Shown in pieces: positions 22,047-34,048 of a stretch of DNA of 64,000 nucleotides. The first letter of the stretch is position 1. Each line of letters starts with the position of its first letter. The stretch is from Amoebidium appalachense (taxonomy: Eukaryota; Protista; Ichthyosporea), in contig CAVNZM010000015.1 of the NCBI GenBank assembly GCA_963693365.1, positions 4,719,502-4,783,501 on the forward strand. Reading direction: 5' to 3'. The position numbers and the translations under genes were made by a program. The notes below the pieces were generated by a model that did no database searches, was not told the origin of the DNA, and saw only the letters and a list, made by a program, of their open reading frames with translations.

Positions 22047-23210
22047 GGGGGGGGGGGGGGGGGGGGAAGAAAGAAAGAAAGAAAAAAAGAAAAAGAAAAA
22101 CGTAATATATTGAGATGGTCAGTTATTGCGGGGTCGACTCTTCTTCTGGGTTTTCACCCCCAGTTGCCCGATGTTTGTACAATTTATAAAGCTACCAGCT
22201 GCAGACAAAGACGGTGTTTGTTCAAAGTCATGAGAAGGGGAAAAGAAGGCTTTTTTTATACTGAAATTATTTGGGGGGGGGGGGGGGGGGGGGGGAGTAT
22301 TTGTTTCGTCGTTCAAAAGGTGAAAGAAAAGACGTTGATTATAACAAGTTCAGAGCTTCTGTACAAGTTTTTCAAAATGAAGTTGAACTCTTGTGAGTTG
22401 TATGGTGGAGTGCCAATTTGCATTGCGCGAAAATATCCGAGGGGGTCAAGGGCAACAATAATAGCATGCCAGGGATACTTCATGCATAGAATTCGAGCGC
22501 AAGGATAGTGAGTTGAGGGATAAAGAGGAGGGGGATGGAGGTGTTGACCCATGCGCGGAAAAAGGCACCAGTAATCGTGGCTTTTTTGGCTTGTTTGGAC
22601 TGGTATGAGTGCCAGTGCTTGAAACGCAAGATCTTTTGGGGTTTTCCTGCCACAATTTGATCTACATTTTTGTTGTGGTAGGTGCCAATGAGCCCATATT
22701 GCGTACATTCAATATCAACTTCGAGCATAGAGTAGGTGTGTGACTCACGTTCGCACTCGAGTGTGAGGGCTGGGGGGTAGCATTTGTCCAGAAATTGTCG
22801 TTTGAGTGGTCTTACGAGGTCATGGTGGTGGGGGACCGTGTCGGGTGTGAGGAAAGCAATATATGCATCATCCATGTACCGAGCACCTACCACTATCACT
22901 CGCATCATGATTTGCTGTCGGAGGCTTTTTTTCATAGTATTTTCGCCGTGGGAACAGACTATGATAGCGTTGGGAGCGCTTGTGGGGGAGCCCATGGGAA
23001 TGCCTACAAATTGCTTTACTATCTGTGCTACTCCTACCAGAAAATAGGCATTGTTGAGGTCGAATTTGTGTCCCGTATTTGGGCGAGGGTGAGGTGTACA
23101 TATTGTTTGTTGGGGTGGGGGCCAAGTTTTCCATCTGCTTTCTTTCCCGATTGACACCGAGACATAGTCTTCATGCGGGAATTTGTGGGCTGCTATATCG
23201 AGTAGCCATT
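22040..23210 (-). mobile_element. Penelope-like retroelement (PLE) fragment: 5'-truncated degenerate RT + thumb + 3' UTR
   Basis: ORF 23157-22480: KFDLNNAYF...KQFVGIPMGSPTSAPNA (motif B), ARYMDD (motif C), thumb-like HWHSYQSKQAKKATITGAFFRA...LEF..KYP. Frameshifts at ~23070-23140 and ~22480. The GxxMGSPxS + RYxDD combination is typical of PLE RTs. Followed on the element strand by poly(C) runs (22273-22295, 22039-22066). Confidence 0.8.
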
Positions 23211-24209
23211 ACGGTTTGTGGTGGGGTCACACTTGCTCTGTAGGTTTTATCACCACAAATTGTCGGGATATAACCGCATTATCCGCATATGCTCACACGA
23301 ATGATATTTAATTATAACATTCTGATAGCTAAATTTATGGGCCCACATCATTAGGACATACCCACGTTAGTGGGAAATACATAGCCATATTAGTGGGATA
23401 TAACCACATTGTCGATCGGGATATACCCACAAATTAGAGAAATATGTAAATAGCCACATGTATATCACTGAAATATATCCAAGGCAAATTAATGTGGCCT
23501 CCTGTACTAATAAGATGATGGCTGGGGTCAAGCTTAGTGCTCACTCACCTTTAAAATGTAAACTAATTCAACGATTGGTTATAAACAATGTATGTGTGTA
23601 TATGAATGTAAAACATTAGGGGTGCGATGGCACTCACCCCATAAAGAAATCAAAGCCGGTTTACCTGTAATGTGTTTAATTGTACACTGCTGTGACTTGT
23701 GCTAAAGCCGCACACAACACTTGGTTTTATATTGTTAAGCAAAATTTTACAACATGCTCTGTCGTATAATTTCTAGCTTAAAAGTTAACGTTCTGGGATG
23801 GGAAAGCACGCTTGGCATCTTTTCACATTATGCCATATGGCAACTTGTACGGTATATAATGAACGGCAATGTAATTAAATGCAACTCTAAGAGTTACCAC
23901 GCCTTGATCGCGAAACAAAACAGCAAATACGCTAAACGAGTGTTATCTAAATTATGAGTGGTACATGAGATGGTATTTTTCAAGAAATTCATCGAACTAA
24001 AGCATCCCATGCAAACAAGTCGGGACTCTACTCGTTTCGTGAAAAGTCCATTGAAAATGTGGGATATGCAGATAAACCGGGCACCTTATCTACCGCAGAC
24101 ACTATGTATATACACACACTCAAACCGGGCATACCACCACCGTAGTCGAACCAATGAGAGCCCGTGGTTAAAACTTGTTCGTAGGTTTGAGTGGATTGGA
24201 GGGCTGGAG

Positions 24210-24246
<37 letters not shown>

Positions 24247-24423
24247 TTCACGTGCACCGTGACTGGCGAGGCTGGGGTGTAAACCCTCGGCTAAGAGTGG
24301 TAAAAATATCAGTAGTACTAGTTTGGTAAAGGTGCGATAGCTCAGATGATTGCACAATTAGCACCCTCACTAGGGTACAGTCGGTGCTGTGTGGAAGACG
24401 GTGTGTGTGTGTGTGTGTGTGTG

Positions 24424-24458
<35 letters not shown>

Positions 24459-25241
24459 GGGGGGGGGGGGGGGGGGGGGGGGTGAAGGGAGGGGAGGGGC
24501 TGGAAAGAGAAGTGTTGGAGCGGCAAAAAGGAATAAAGATGAATTGACTTACCTATCGACAATTATCGATGAACGTATCTTCCTAGACTTGTAACTGTAA
24601 ATAGATGAACAGCACCACCATCACAAAGTTGTACAAGTAAGAGACATATTGCACCCGAGCGAGATATCCCGTGAAAATGTGTAGAATCGCGTGGTTTCCT
24701 GGCCCAACGTGGCTGAAATGAGAAGGAAAACCAACATGTAGAGAGAGCGACGTGGGTGTGGTTTACTGTTAAATGATTGGCTGAAAATGCGATAGATAAC
24801 GATGTGGCGGTAGCCGGGATGGTCGTGACGAAGGCTCTGGTGGCGCATAGGCGGACGGCGGAAAGCAATCCAATCAGAGCCTGCGTTTAAAGTTCAAATA
24901 TTTAAGGCCAGTATAATGTCATGTGATTCATGTCGGCTCCCGTATTGTGGCGGCTATATATATACGTCATCCCTCAGCTGATCAGAGCCAGCCCCCCTCC
25001 CCCCCCCCCCACCCCCTTTCTCCTCCTCCTCCCCCTCCCCCCTTCCCCCCTCTCCTCTCCCTATCCCACCCGGAAGGAAATAAGAGAAACAAGAACACTA
25101 GCAAAGAGGTTACCAAGCAAACACAAATACTCAAACGGACGGCCTGGGGCAAAAAAAATAAAATCTACACTTGCACCACATATAATCATTTGAAGTGCTA
25201 TTTAAATATATACATCACATAAATATCAGCTCTAGAGTGAG

Positions 25242-25408
25242 CTAGTATTGGGATTTAAGTTGTGGCAACCCTGATGTTGTTTGTGTGTGCGCCACGTCTG
25301 TTTGAACTAAGGGTGCAGGATCCCGAGCGGGAGGGGGGATGGGGGAAGGTGGGGAAGGGACGGGGGGGTGGGGGGGGGGCAGGTGTGTGTGTGTGTGTGT
25401 GTGTGGGG

Positions 25409-25445
<37 letters not shown>

Positions 25446-25703
25446 GGGTGGGGGGAGGGGGGGGGAGGGGGGGATGGGGGGAGGATGTAGGCATGAAAAC
25501 AAAAGACGTTGCAAACCAATAAAAACCAGTAACGAGCACTGGGAGAGAAAAAAAGAAAGCAAAAAAACGAGAGAGAGAGAGAGCAGACAGAAAACACCTC
25601 AACAGAGCCCATCCGATGATGATAAAGGAAATCCCATGCCTGAACAAAAGAGAATTTTCCGCTTCTTAACCTCTCGCACGTAGCCCTCCCGTGCAGAAAG
25701 GAG

Positions 25704-25739
<36 letters not shown>

Positions 25740-27110
25740 CGTGTGTGGGGGAGGGGGGGGGAAAGGGGGGGGGGAGGGGGAGGGGGGCAGTACACAACCT
25801 GCCCTGCTGGGTCTGAAAAGGCCTCCTGTGATGGATAGAAAAAGCCAAGGCCCAAGACGTTAACAGCAAGACTGAACACCTGAAGGGTAAATGGTGCAAG
25901 GCCCTTATATTAGTTGCCGCTGCTGAAGACGTGTTTAGTACGCCATAATCGTCTTTTCGCCCTAAATACAATACGCTTTTTGGGGGGCTACCAAACACGC
26001 CCTTACTTCTCCCTAACTATCGTTACTTCCTCAATAATATTTCAAGCCTCGTTACCTCCCCCTTCCCCCCTTCCCCCCGCCCCCTCCCCCCCCCCCCCAA
26101 ATAGCCCCCTTTTGGCTCGGAGCTTCAGAGGCTCTCCCTGCCGCTTTTAATGTCTAAATAAGCCCCCCTACACACACACACACCCCGGCCTTTAAACCAA
26201 CCACCACATCTCCCATTTTAGACAAGATCGAGGTTGATATGATCGAGGATTCCAATTGCCCCGATGCCGCATAAGATATTATCGAACTTATCAAGCGATC
26301 GAGGGAGTGACGTCATTCTCGTCGAACCTATCAAGCGATCGAGGGAGTGACGTCATTTGGCCACACTTTCCCTTAGAATGACGCCACTCCCTCGATCACT
26401 TGAGAAGTTCGATAATTTCTTAGGCGGCGCCAGGGCAATTTGGAATCCTCGATCGGATCAACCTCGATTTTGTCTAAAACGGGAGATGCAGTGGTTGGTA
26501 TAAGTTGCAGAAACACACAAACACGGGGACATCGAGATGCAGCATACTACACCATCATCGCACATGCCGTTTGATATTGACTCTCCTCAGAAGTAACTTG
26601 TGTGCAAAGCTAGCAGGAATGTTGGGTGTGCAGCTGACAACCCCAGCCTCCCTCCACCCCTTCTCCTCCCTCGTTCCCCCTCCCCCCAACACCCACACCC
26701 ACAGACACACCCACCCACCCACCCACGTCCACACGTCACCACCCCCCCCCCCCCCCCCCCCCCCCCCCCACACACACACCACATGCACGTAATTCTAAAA
26801 CTGCCGCAGATCCGAATACGATCGCCAGGTACCCAAAACCCCACCCACACACCGACGGACGATTTCTATTGGCCAGGACCCAGGCCGCACAAATCATTTT
26901 TGGTCATGCCACTGGACAACATTCCATACACAAAAAGGAAATACTAAAACCGGAAGAAGCAATATAGTTACAAAGGTTTGATTGGATGGCTACTTTAGAT
27001 CGGAATGTCGAGGCTATGCCAAGATCTGGGCTGGCTGGGCCGTTGAGTCGGGCTCAGACGGTGTGGTCTGTTTCAGACGGTTTGTGGTCATGAATCCAAG
27101 CACAGCCATG
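25242..27110 (-). pseudogene. Possible degenerate gene for an unknown membrane protein
   Basis: Exon-like blocks with splice signals: ~26960-26790 (ILLLPVLVFPFCVWNVVQWHDQK/MICAAWVLANRNRPSVCGWGFGYLAIVFGSAAVLEL, needs a frameshift in an A-run), 25879-25799 (VFSLAVNVLGLGFFYPSQEAFSDPAGQ, clean AG/GT), ~25703-25640, ~25306-25242 (QTDVAHTQTTSGLPQLKSQY*). No complete frame could be assembled. Confidence 0.3.
26196..26499. mobile_element. MITE-like foldback element
   Basis: Almost the whole element is an imperfect palindrome. Termini ACCAACCACCACATCTCCCATTTTAG ... CTAAAACGGGAGATGCAGTGGTTGGT, flanked by TTAA/ATAA. Contains an internal tandem duplication of tcgaac.tatcaagcgatcgagggagtgacgtcatt. Confidence 0.85.
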
Positions 27111-27327
27111 CCATTGCACACCCACGCACATATACCACGCACGTAGGCCTACACGCGTACGTGACAAGTTGCCAAGCTGACACGAACGGTGCACGTCACG
27201 AGCGAACAAATCATGGCGCCCCACCTGCCCACCTGCCCATTCCCGCTAAATCAATCACTACCCAGGAACACGAAACGTTGCTCAGGCTTGATGTGTGCTT
27301 GGACCTTGTGTCACAGGTAAATGCATG

Positions 27328-27358
<31 letters not shown>

Positions 27359-27644
27359 ACACACACACACATCATGTACCCCCTTCAACCAACCCACACA
27401 GTTTCACACCAACCAGATTCAGGGCCCTTCCCCGGCCCTCTTCCAAGGAGAATTTCTGGTTAGTGTTTTTCGATTTATTCTTCCAAAAAACATTTCGGTC
27501 CGACCAGCGGCAAACTTTTATCATTTGACCGTTTTGACAATCTATCTCCTACTCACCATGTCATCTCCTGCTAATGTGCGATCACAATTGTGCATCCACA
27601 ATACCGTGATATAACACAAATAGATAACTAGGCTGAATTTTGGA

Positions 27645-27679
<35 letters not shown>

Positions 27680-27706
27680 AAAACTTCAGGCGTGGATTCT
27701 GACAGC

Positions 27707-28114
27707 TTATTCTCTTGTCAGAGGGCCGGCGAGCATCACCCATCCGTTCTGCACCCCACCCAGAAAAATAAGTACGTGGGGTTTAAATCAATCTGCGTGA
27801 CATGCATGCTTCAATTATATATACCTATATCAGAAATAACAGAAGAATTCAAGAAGTCAACCCCCCCCCCCCCCCCCCCCCCCGCGTCTCCACAGTCACA
27901 AATACTGAACTGAGTGTCCATGGAGTAACATATCCCAAACTCACCGTGTACATCTAACTCTCCTAAATCACTTATTCATCTATGTTGCTAAGTGTCTGTG
28001 TGTGTGTGTGTGTGTGTGCATGCGCGCGCACACATGTGCTTGGAGGAGTGAGGTGGTTTTTCTTTTCTTCTTTTCTTTTCTTTCCTTTTTTTTTTTTTTT
28101 TTTTTTTTTTTTTG

Positions 28115-28148
<34 letters not shown>

Positions 28149-28572
28149 TTTTCCGCACACCCTAACAGTTCTATGTATCATACTCACAAAAATCTGGAAA
28201 AAGGGGTGTGGGGGGAAAGAGGGTGTGAGGTAGTGACGGAGGGATGCAGGGAGGGTGCGGGGAGGCAAGGAGGGTGAGAGAGAGAGACGGACGGAGAGAG
28301 ACGGACGGAGAGAGACGGACCGAGCGTGAAAAAGGGAGAGAGACGGACGGAGGGTGAGAGAAAGAGACGGACGGAGGGTGAAAGAGGGAGGCGGAGGGAG
28401 AGAGACGGACAAAGGGTGAGAGAGAGAGACGGACGGAGGGTGAGAGATAGACGGAGGAAGGGAAGCAGGGAGGGTGTGTGAGAGAGACGGAGGGAGAGAG
28501 AGAGACGGAGGGAGGGAGGCAGGGAGGGTGAACTTGAAGGAGGGGAGGAGGGAGGCAGAGGAGGATGGGAAA

Positions 28573-28620
<48 letters not shown>

Positions 28621-28865
28621 ACAATCACCTGCATGACGAAGCCCCAGTTAGGGTGGCGAGAGACTTGGTGGCAGGGAAAATCGTTGACTTGGACCTGGGA
28701 TCCAACCGGGCCCAGCCCACGTGGAAACCGCCTGAAAAGGGGGTTTAAGTCTTAAATTTACATACGTTCACTCTCTCTTTGTCTGCACAAACGCGCGCGT
28801 GCGAACTATCCCTCTTCCCCCCCCCCCCCCCTCTTCCATCACGTTTTCTCTTTCTTCTCCCACTA

Positions 28866-28896
<31 letters not shown>

Positions 28897-29277
28897 TTCT
28901 CTTTCTCTCTCTCTTTTATATCTCTCTGCTCTTTCTCCCTCCTTCACCAATCCCATCCTTTCTCTCCAATCTCGTAAGCCCCCCCTTCCCCCCCTACCTG
29001 CCCCGGGGGGCTCTCATGTATTTTCCTCTTACACACGCGCATGGCCACAGGCAAGCAAACATGCACACACACACCAACACCCAGATACAACCACATTCAC
29101 GCACATGGGTAGACTTGCACACAACAAGGCACACACACAAAAAAACAAACGCAAACACACACCCACACCCACACCACCTCCTTCCACAAAAAAATACACA
29201 ATCCGCCAACACACATCAAATAGCACCATGCGCGTATGCACAAACACACGCACACACACATACACACACGCACACAC

Positions 29278-29325
<48 letters not shown>

Positions 29326-29448
29326 GCGTATTCCGTTACCAGTAAAGATCAAACTCCCCCTCTTCCCTCTTCACACGTCCATCGGGCAGAAAAAAGAGTG
29401 TAGCCTGGGGTCTCTCCCCCCTGCAAATAGATTATCGTGTTAGGTATT

Positions 29449-29495
<47 letters not shown>

Positions 29496-30092
29496 ACGTA
29501 CAAACACAGACCACATACACCCTGTTCCCGCCCACCCATCTGCCTACTGTTAACTAGAAACAAAAGGACATAAGGGTAGCCCCAAAAACAAGTAACTGAG
29601 CAGGTCTGGATGAGGGTAGCAGGTTGAAGGGGGGGGGGGGGGGGGGGGGGGGGGGGGATGCAACGTTGCACGTAATAGCATTCCTCAACAGTAAAGGGTG
29701 GCTGGGTAGGTGGATTAGTACCGAGAAGAAGGAGGGAGGGGAAAAGCTAAGTTACAAAGCAGGTAGCACAAAGGTTGAGGTGAGCGAGTTGATAAGTGTG
29801 TTGTGTGTTGTGTGTGTGTGTGTGTGAATTGAACTGTAACAAAATCCGACCGTCAAAAGAAGCGGAACACACCACAGAAGACAAAACTCAAAAGAGAAAA
29901 GAGAGCAGACAACTAATAATAAAAACATCACTCAAAAAACAACAAAAGTGCAAGCAACCATAAACAAAATGCTCGATAACGCCAAAAGCAAAAACGGAAA
30001 TCATTTCAGGACAAAACACACCATGCTCGTTACACAAAAACGGCTCCCCCCCCCCCCCCTCCCCCCCCCCCCCCTCCCCCCCCCCTCCCCCC

Positions 30093-30123
<31 letters not shown>

Positions 30124-30178
30124 AAAAAAGAGACACCAGAACGATGCACAGGACGGGATGCACTCACGGTAGGTGAAT

Positions 30179-30231
<53 letters not shown>

Positions 30232-31209
30232 GGGCTTGTGTGTCGCGCGCGCGCATGTGTACGTGTGCATGCGTGTGCTTGGGGCGTGTGTGTGTGTGAG
30301 TATGTGTGTGTGTCACGTGGAGGGGGGGGGGGGGGGGGAGGGAGGGGTAAATGAGTTACGGATTCCGATTCACCCATTCACACATTCACGACTACGGAAG
30401 GCGGAAGGAAGGGGGGGGGGGGGGGGGAGGGGGTTTCTTACCAGGGATCAAAGGGGTCCTTCCCGTTTGCAAAATAAAACCCCCACCCGAATTTACACAG
30501 CTCGTCTTGCTCAATCCACACCCGCTTGCTGTCCTCCAGAGAGAAGAGGCACGCCTCCCGTGCACGCCCATTGACTACTAGTTGCTTGGCAAGGGGGGGC
30601 ACATAAACCTGTGCATTGAAAATTACAAATTCGTCAATAAAAGTAAGGAAAATGTGAATTTTACCAGTTGCGTTTAGGCTAGGGAGGCACATAAACCTGT
30701 GCATTGAAATTAAAATTCGTCGATAAAAGTGAGGAAATTGTGAATTTTACCAGTTGCGCTTAGGCTAGGGGGGCACATAAACCTGTGCATTGAAAATTAC
30801 AAATTCGTCAATAAAAGTTGAATTTTACCAGTTGCGCTTATGCTAGGGAGGCACATAAACCTGTGCATTGAAATTACAAATTCGTCGATAAAAGTGAGGA
30901 ATTTGTGAATTTTACCAGTTGTGCTTAGGCAACCTGTGAATTGAAAATTACAAATTCGTCAATAAAAGTGAGGAAAATGTGAATTTTACCAGTTACGCTT
31001 AGGCTAGGGGCGCACATAAACCTGTGTGTTGAAAATTACAAATTCGTCAATAACGAAAGTGTGAAAGTCCAGGAAAATAAGATAAATTACTAGCTGCTTG
31101 GCAAGGGGGGGCACATAAACCTGTGCACTGAAAATTACAAATTCGTCAACCAATAAAGTGCAGGAAAATATGCGAGTACTAGTTGCTTGGGGAGAGAGCC
31201 GGGGGGGCA

Positions 31210-31242
<33 letters not shown>

Positions 31243-32345
31243 GGGCGGCCAGGTGAATTTGAGGTGGGATGTTCGCTTTTAGGATGGATATCAGCTTTTT
31301 ATTACTGAACACAACAAGTGTGTTGCATTTGCATGTGCAAGGGTGCTTGGTATGTGCGTGTGTCCCCCCCCCCCCCCCCCCCCCCCCCCCTCTCTCTCTC
31401 TCTCCTATGTGTGTGTGTGTGTGGGTGTGTGCGCAGGCGCGCACACGTACATGGTTGGAAAAAATGAGTGTTTGGCGACACCGGGGCAAACATAAACGGA
31501 ACGTTAATAGTCTGGGTGTTCACACTGTTGAAGAAATGGGAGAGAGGCGGGAAATGGCGAGAGGGGGGAGGAGAGAGAGAGAGAGGAAGTGAGAGAGAGG
31601 GGAGAGAGCGGGAGAAAGAGACAGAGACAGAGTGGTACAGAGAGAGGCAGTATCCTAACCTTATCTCTCCAGAGGCGCTTGGCTGCAATCTTCCACAAAC
31701 TGTCGTCACTGGCAAGTTGCCCCCATAGCTTGGACACCTGAGCGTGTGGGTGATGTCAGAGGGCGCTGACAGAAACATGGATTCACAAAAAAAAAAAAAA
31801 AAAAAAAAAGAATTTTTCTGCTCCTGTGTGCATGTACTTACGTGTGTGTCAGTTTGTATGTATACGTGGGACTGCATTTGACTAATTGATGTGTGTGTGC
31901 ATGAGCGAGGGAATGTCTCACACTACGTGTGCTCGTGTGCGTCTCAGTGTTGCACTTGTAAAAACTACCAAAACTTACAAAAATTAAACATGTTTCCTGG
32001 AAGTTTAACCCAATACCACACCGCCCATGGAACATATGTCGCCAACATTCAAACAAACTCCTTCCTGACTGTCTCGTCTCTCCAGTCGACCCCTTCCCCA
32101 CTCCTTTTCCCAGGAGGCCTGTCCACTAATATCACTCTAGCGGCAAGGGGGAAAAAAGTGAAAACATGCAACACCAAGAGAAGAGCTCCACCCACCTGCA
32201 GACAGGAAGCCAGCGTCTTGCAGTCTGCTGCAAAGGACAACACGTGCAGCGCCAACTCGGTGGGCAGCGCCACAAGCGGGTCACAGAGCCCCATAGGGCG
32301 TTCTTCGGCTGAGGTCGGCTCCATGTCCATGTTCTCTACCTGCAT
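27707..32345 (-). CDS. F-box protein, 6 exons; C-terminal domain resembles plant At5g52880-type F-box proteins
   Basis: Phase-consistent exons 32345-32196, 31737-31660, 30608-30442, 29420-29340, 28731-28629, 27748-27707. F-box DPLVALPTELALHVLSF..CKTLASCLQVSKLWGQLASDDSLWK, then KVYVP..SLEDSKRVWIEQDELC..WGFYF..DPW...FLPDG...VQVNDFPCHQVSRHPNWGFVMQNGW. Start codon uncertain among several ATGs. Confidence 0.85.
30595..31190 (-). repeat. Tandem array (~85 bp, ~7 copies) of the F-box exon 3 acceptor region
   Basis: cacataaacctgtg (minus strand cacag|GTTTATGTG) recurs at ~30600, 30688, 30774, 30852, 30931 (partial), 31013, 31112. Confidence 0.9.
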
Positions 32346-34048
32346 TTCGTAGGTCAAAAGTTAGGTGCCAACGAGCCTGTATCTCAAACGTGGAGATGCA
32401 AGCGGACGAAACAGCACTGGGTTATTCTATGACCTTCAGTCGCAGTGCGACACAGTTGATGTACTTTCGGAACAGCTATCTATTTCCTTGAAAAACGAAG
32501 GAGAAGTTAGTCCATGTCTGAGACCCCCCCCCCCCCCCCCCCCCCCCCCTACACACACACAACTACTCCCACAGGGCCCCTTTATCATTTCAGTCCTGCA
32601 AAACCTGGCAATTCTCTTTCTGGAAAGGGAAAAAATACTCCAAAGACACCTTCCCGCGAACAGTTCAGGTGACATCAACTCAAATCAACAACAACCAAGC
32701 AGGGGCCATAGGGCAAGGTCACTCACGAATAGGGGTAGGGGTGCAAACACTCCCACCTAACACTCCTTCCACACACAAGGACACGTCACCACCGGCATAC
32801 GCAGACACACACACTGCCGCAGATGCACGCGCGAGAACGTGCGCGCACGCTGTCACGCACGGGCGTGCGTGCATCGACGACACACGCACACACACACACA
32901 CACGCACACACAGGAAAGAACACGGACACACGAACACAAACATGCATTTCACACACGCACAACACACGCACCAACAACTACACCCGTAACACCAGGCATA
33001 GGCTTCGGCACGTGGACTTGCACAAAAAAAACACGTGAGGGTGCCGGAAAAAGCGAACACACACACGCACACGGTTTCCGCATGCATACATACACACAGA
33101 CATGCCTTGTTTCTCAGTGTCTCACGTCCGCCAATCCGCCGGCGCCGTCGTGTCGTTTGTTTATATTGTTATGTGATATATTCGAGGATAACGGTTTACA
33201 CAACGGTCGATCGAGGAACTTCGGGAACTTCGGAATGGCATAGACATGTAGCCCCAAAAAATTGATAATGCTGGAATGCATATAATAAGGTGTGTCGAAG
33301 AAACCCTACATAAGTATTTGCTAAAATGTTAAAGCTATGGTGGCCAAATGTCTACGATTGTTTTCTACAAACAAAACATGCGGCAAATGGCTCGGTGTGA
33401 TGATCATACTATCGAGGGAGTTGCCGATTTGAACAAGGGCGCTATTCCTATTGGACTCAAGAGTGAGCCACACTCTCCCCCTAAGCCTCCGCTAAATTCG
33501 AAGAAATAAAAACCTCAGGTCTCCCCCAGTCCCCCAACAAATCAATACAGCTTCTATTCTAAAACTAGAAAACTAAATAAGTTAAGATTCAATTAAAATT
33601 ATAATTATATTTGTAAAAGACAAAAATATGAATAGTAATCGAGCGGATATGTCGTCTGGGGAACGGTACACATTATTGAAAATATTTCTGTTCAATGTAA
33701 AAGACCCTCTAACTCATTTCGGGAGACTTAGACCAATCACACCGAATAGCCTTTAACGAAAACAAGCAATTCATTGCATGACTTTCGACCATATGTATCC
33801 GCGCATAAGGTTTGCAGCGTTGGATAGAGAAATATAGAGCGAATATGACTTACCACACTTTAGAAGGGCTGATGCAGTTTAAAAGTGTATTGAATTAAGT
33901 TATACTGCTTTAGGAGCAAGAGCTGGATTACATTCTGAAATTTACACCAGCCTACAAGCTCTTTGTTTCCTCATTACGCTCTTTTTATAGTACACCAATG
34001 GAAATCCGCCGACACCCGGTGAAATGTCTAAGACATTTCACCGTATAG

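Noticed and set aside
24255-24900. Possible small spliced minus-strand gene behind CCAAT boxes (donor gtaagt ~24552, acceptor ~24386)
   Set aside because: No convincing start codon or recognisable protein; it could be non-coding but cannot be supported from sequence alone.
28630-28665. tgacgaagcccc...ggtggcgagag looked like a degenerate hammerhead
   Set aside because: It is the antisense of F-box exon 5 (VSRHPNWGFVMQ).
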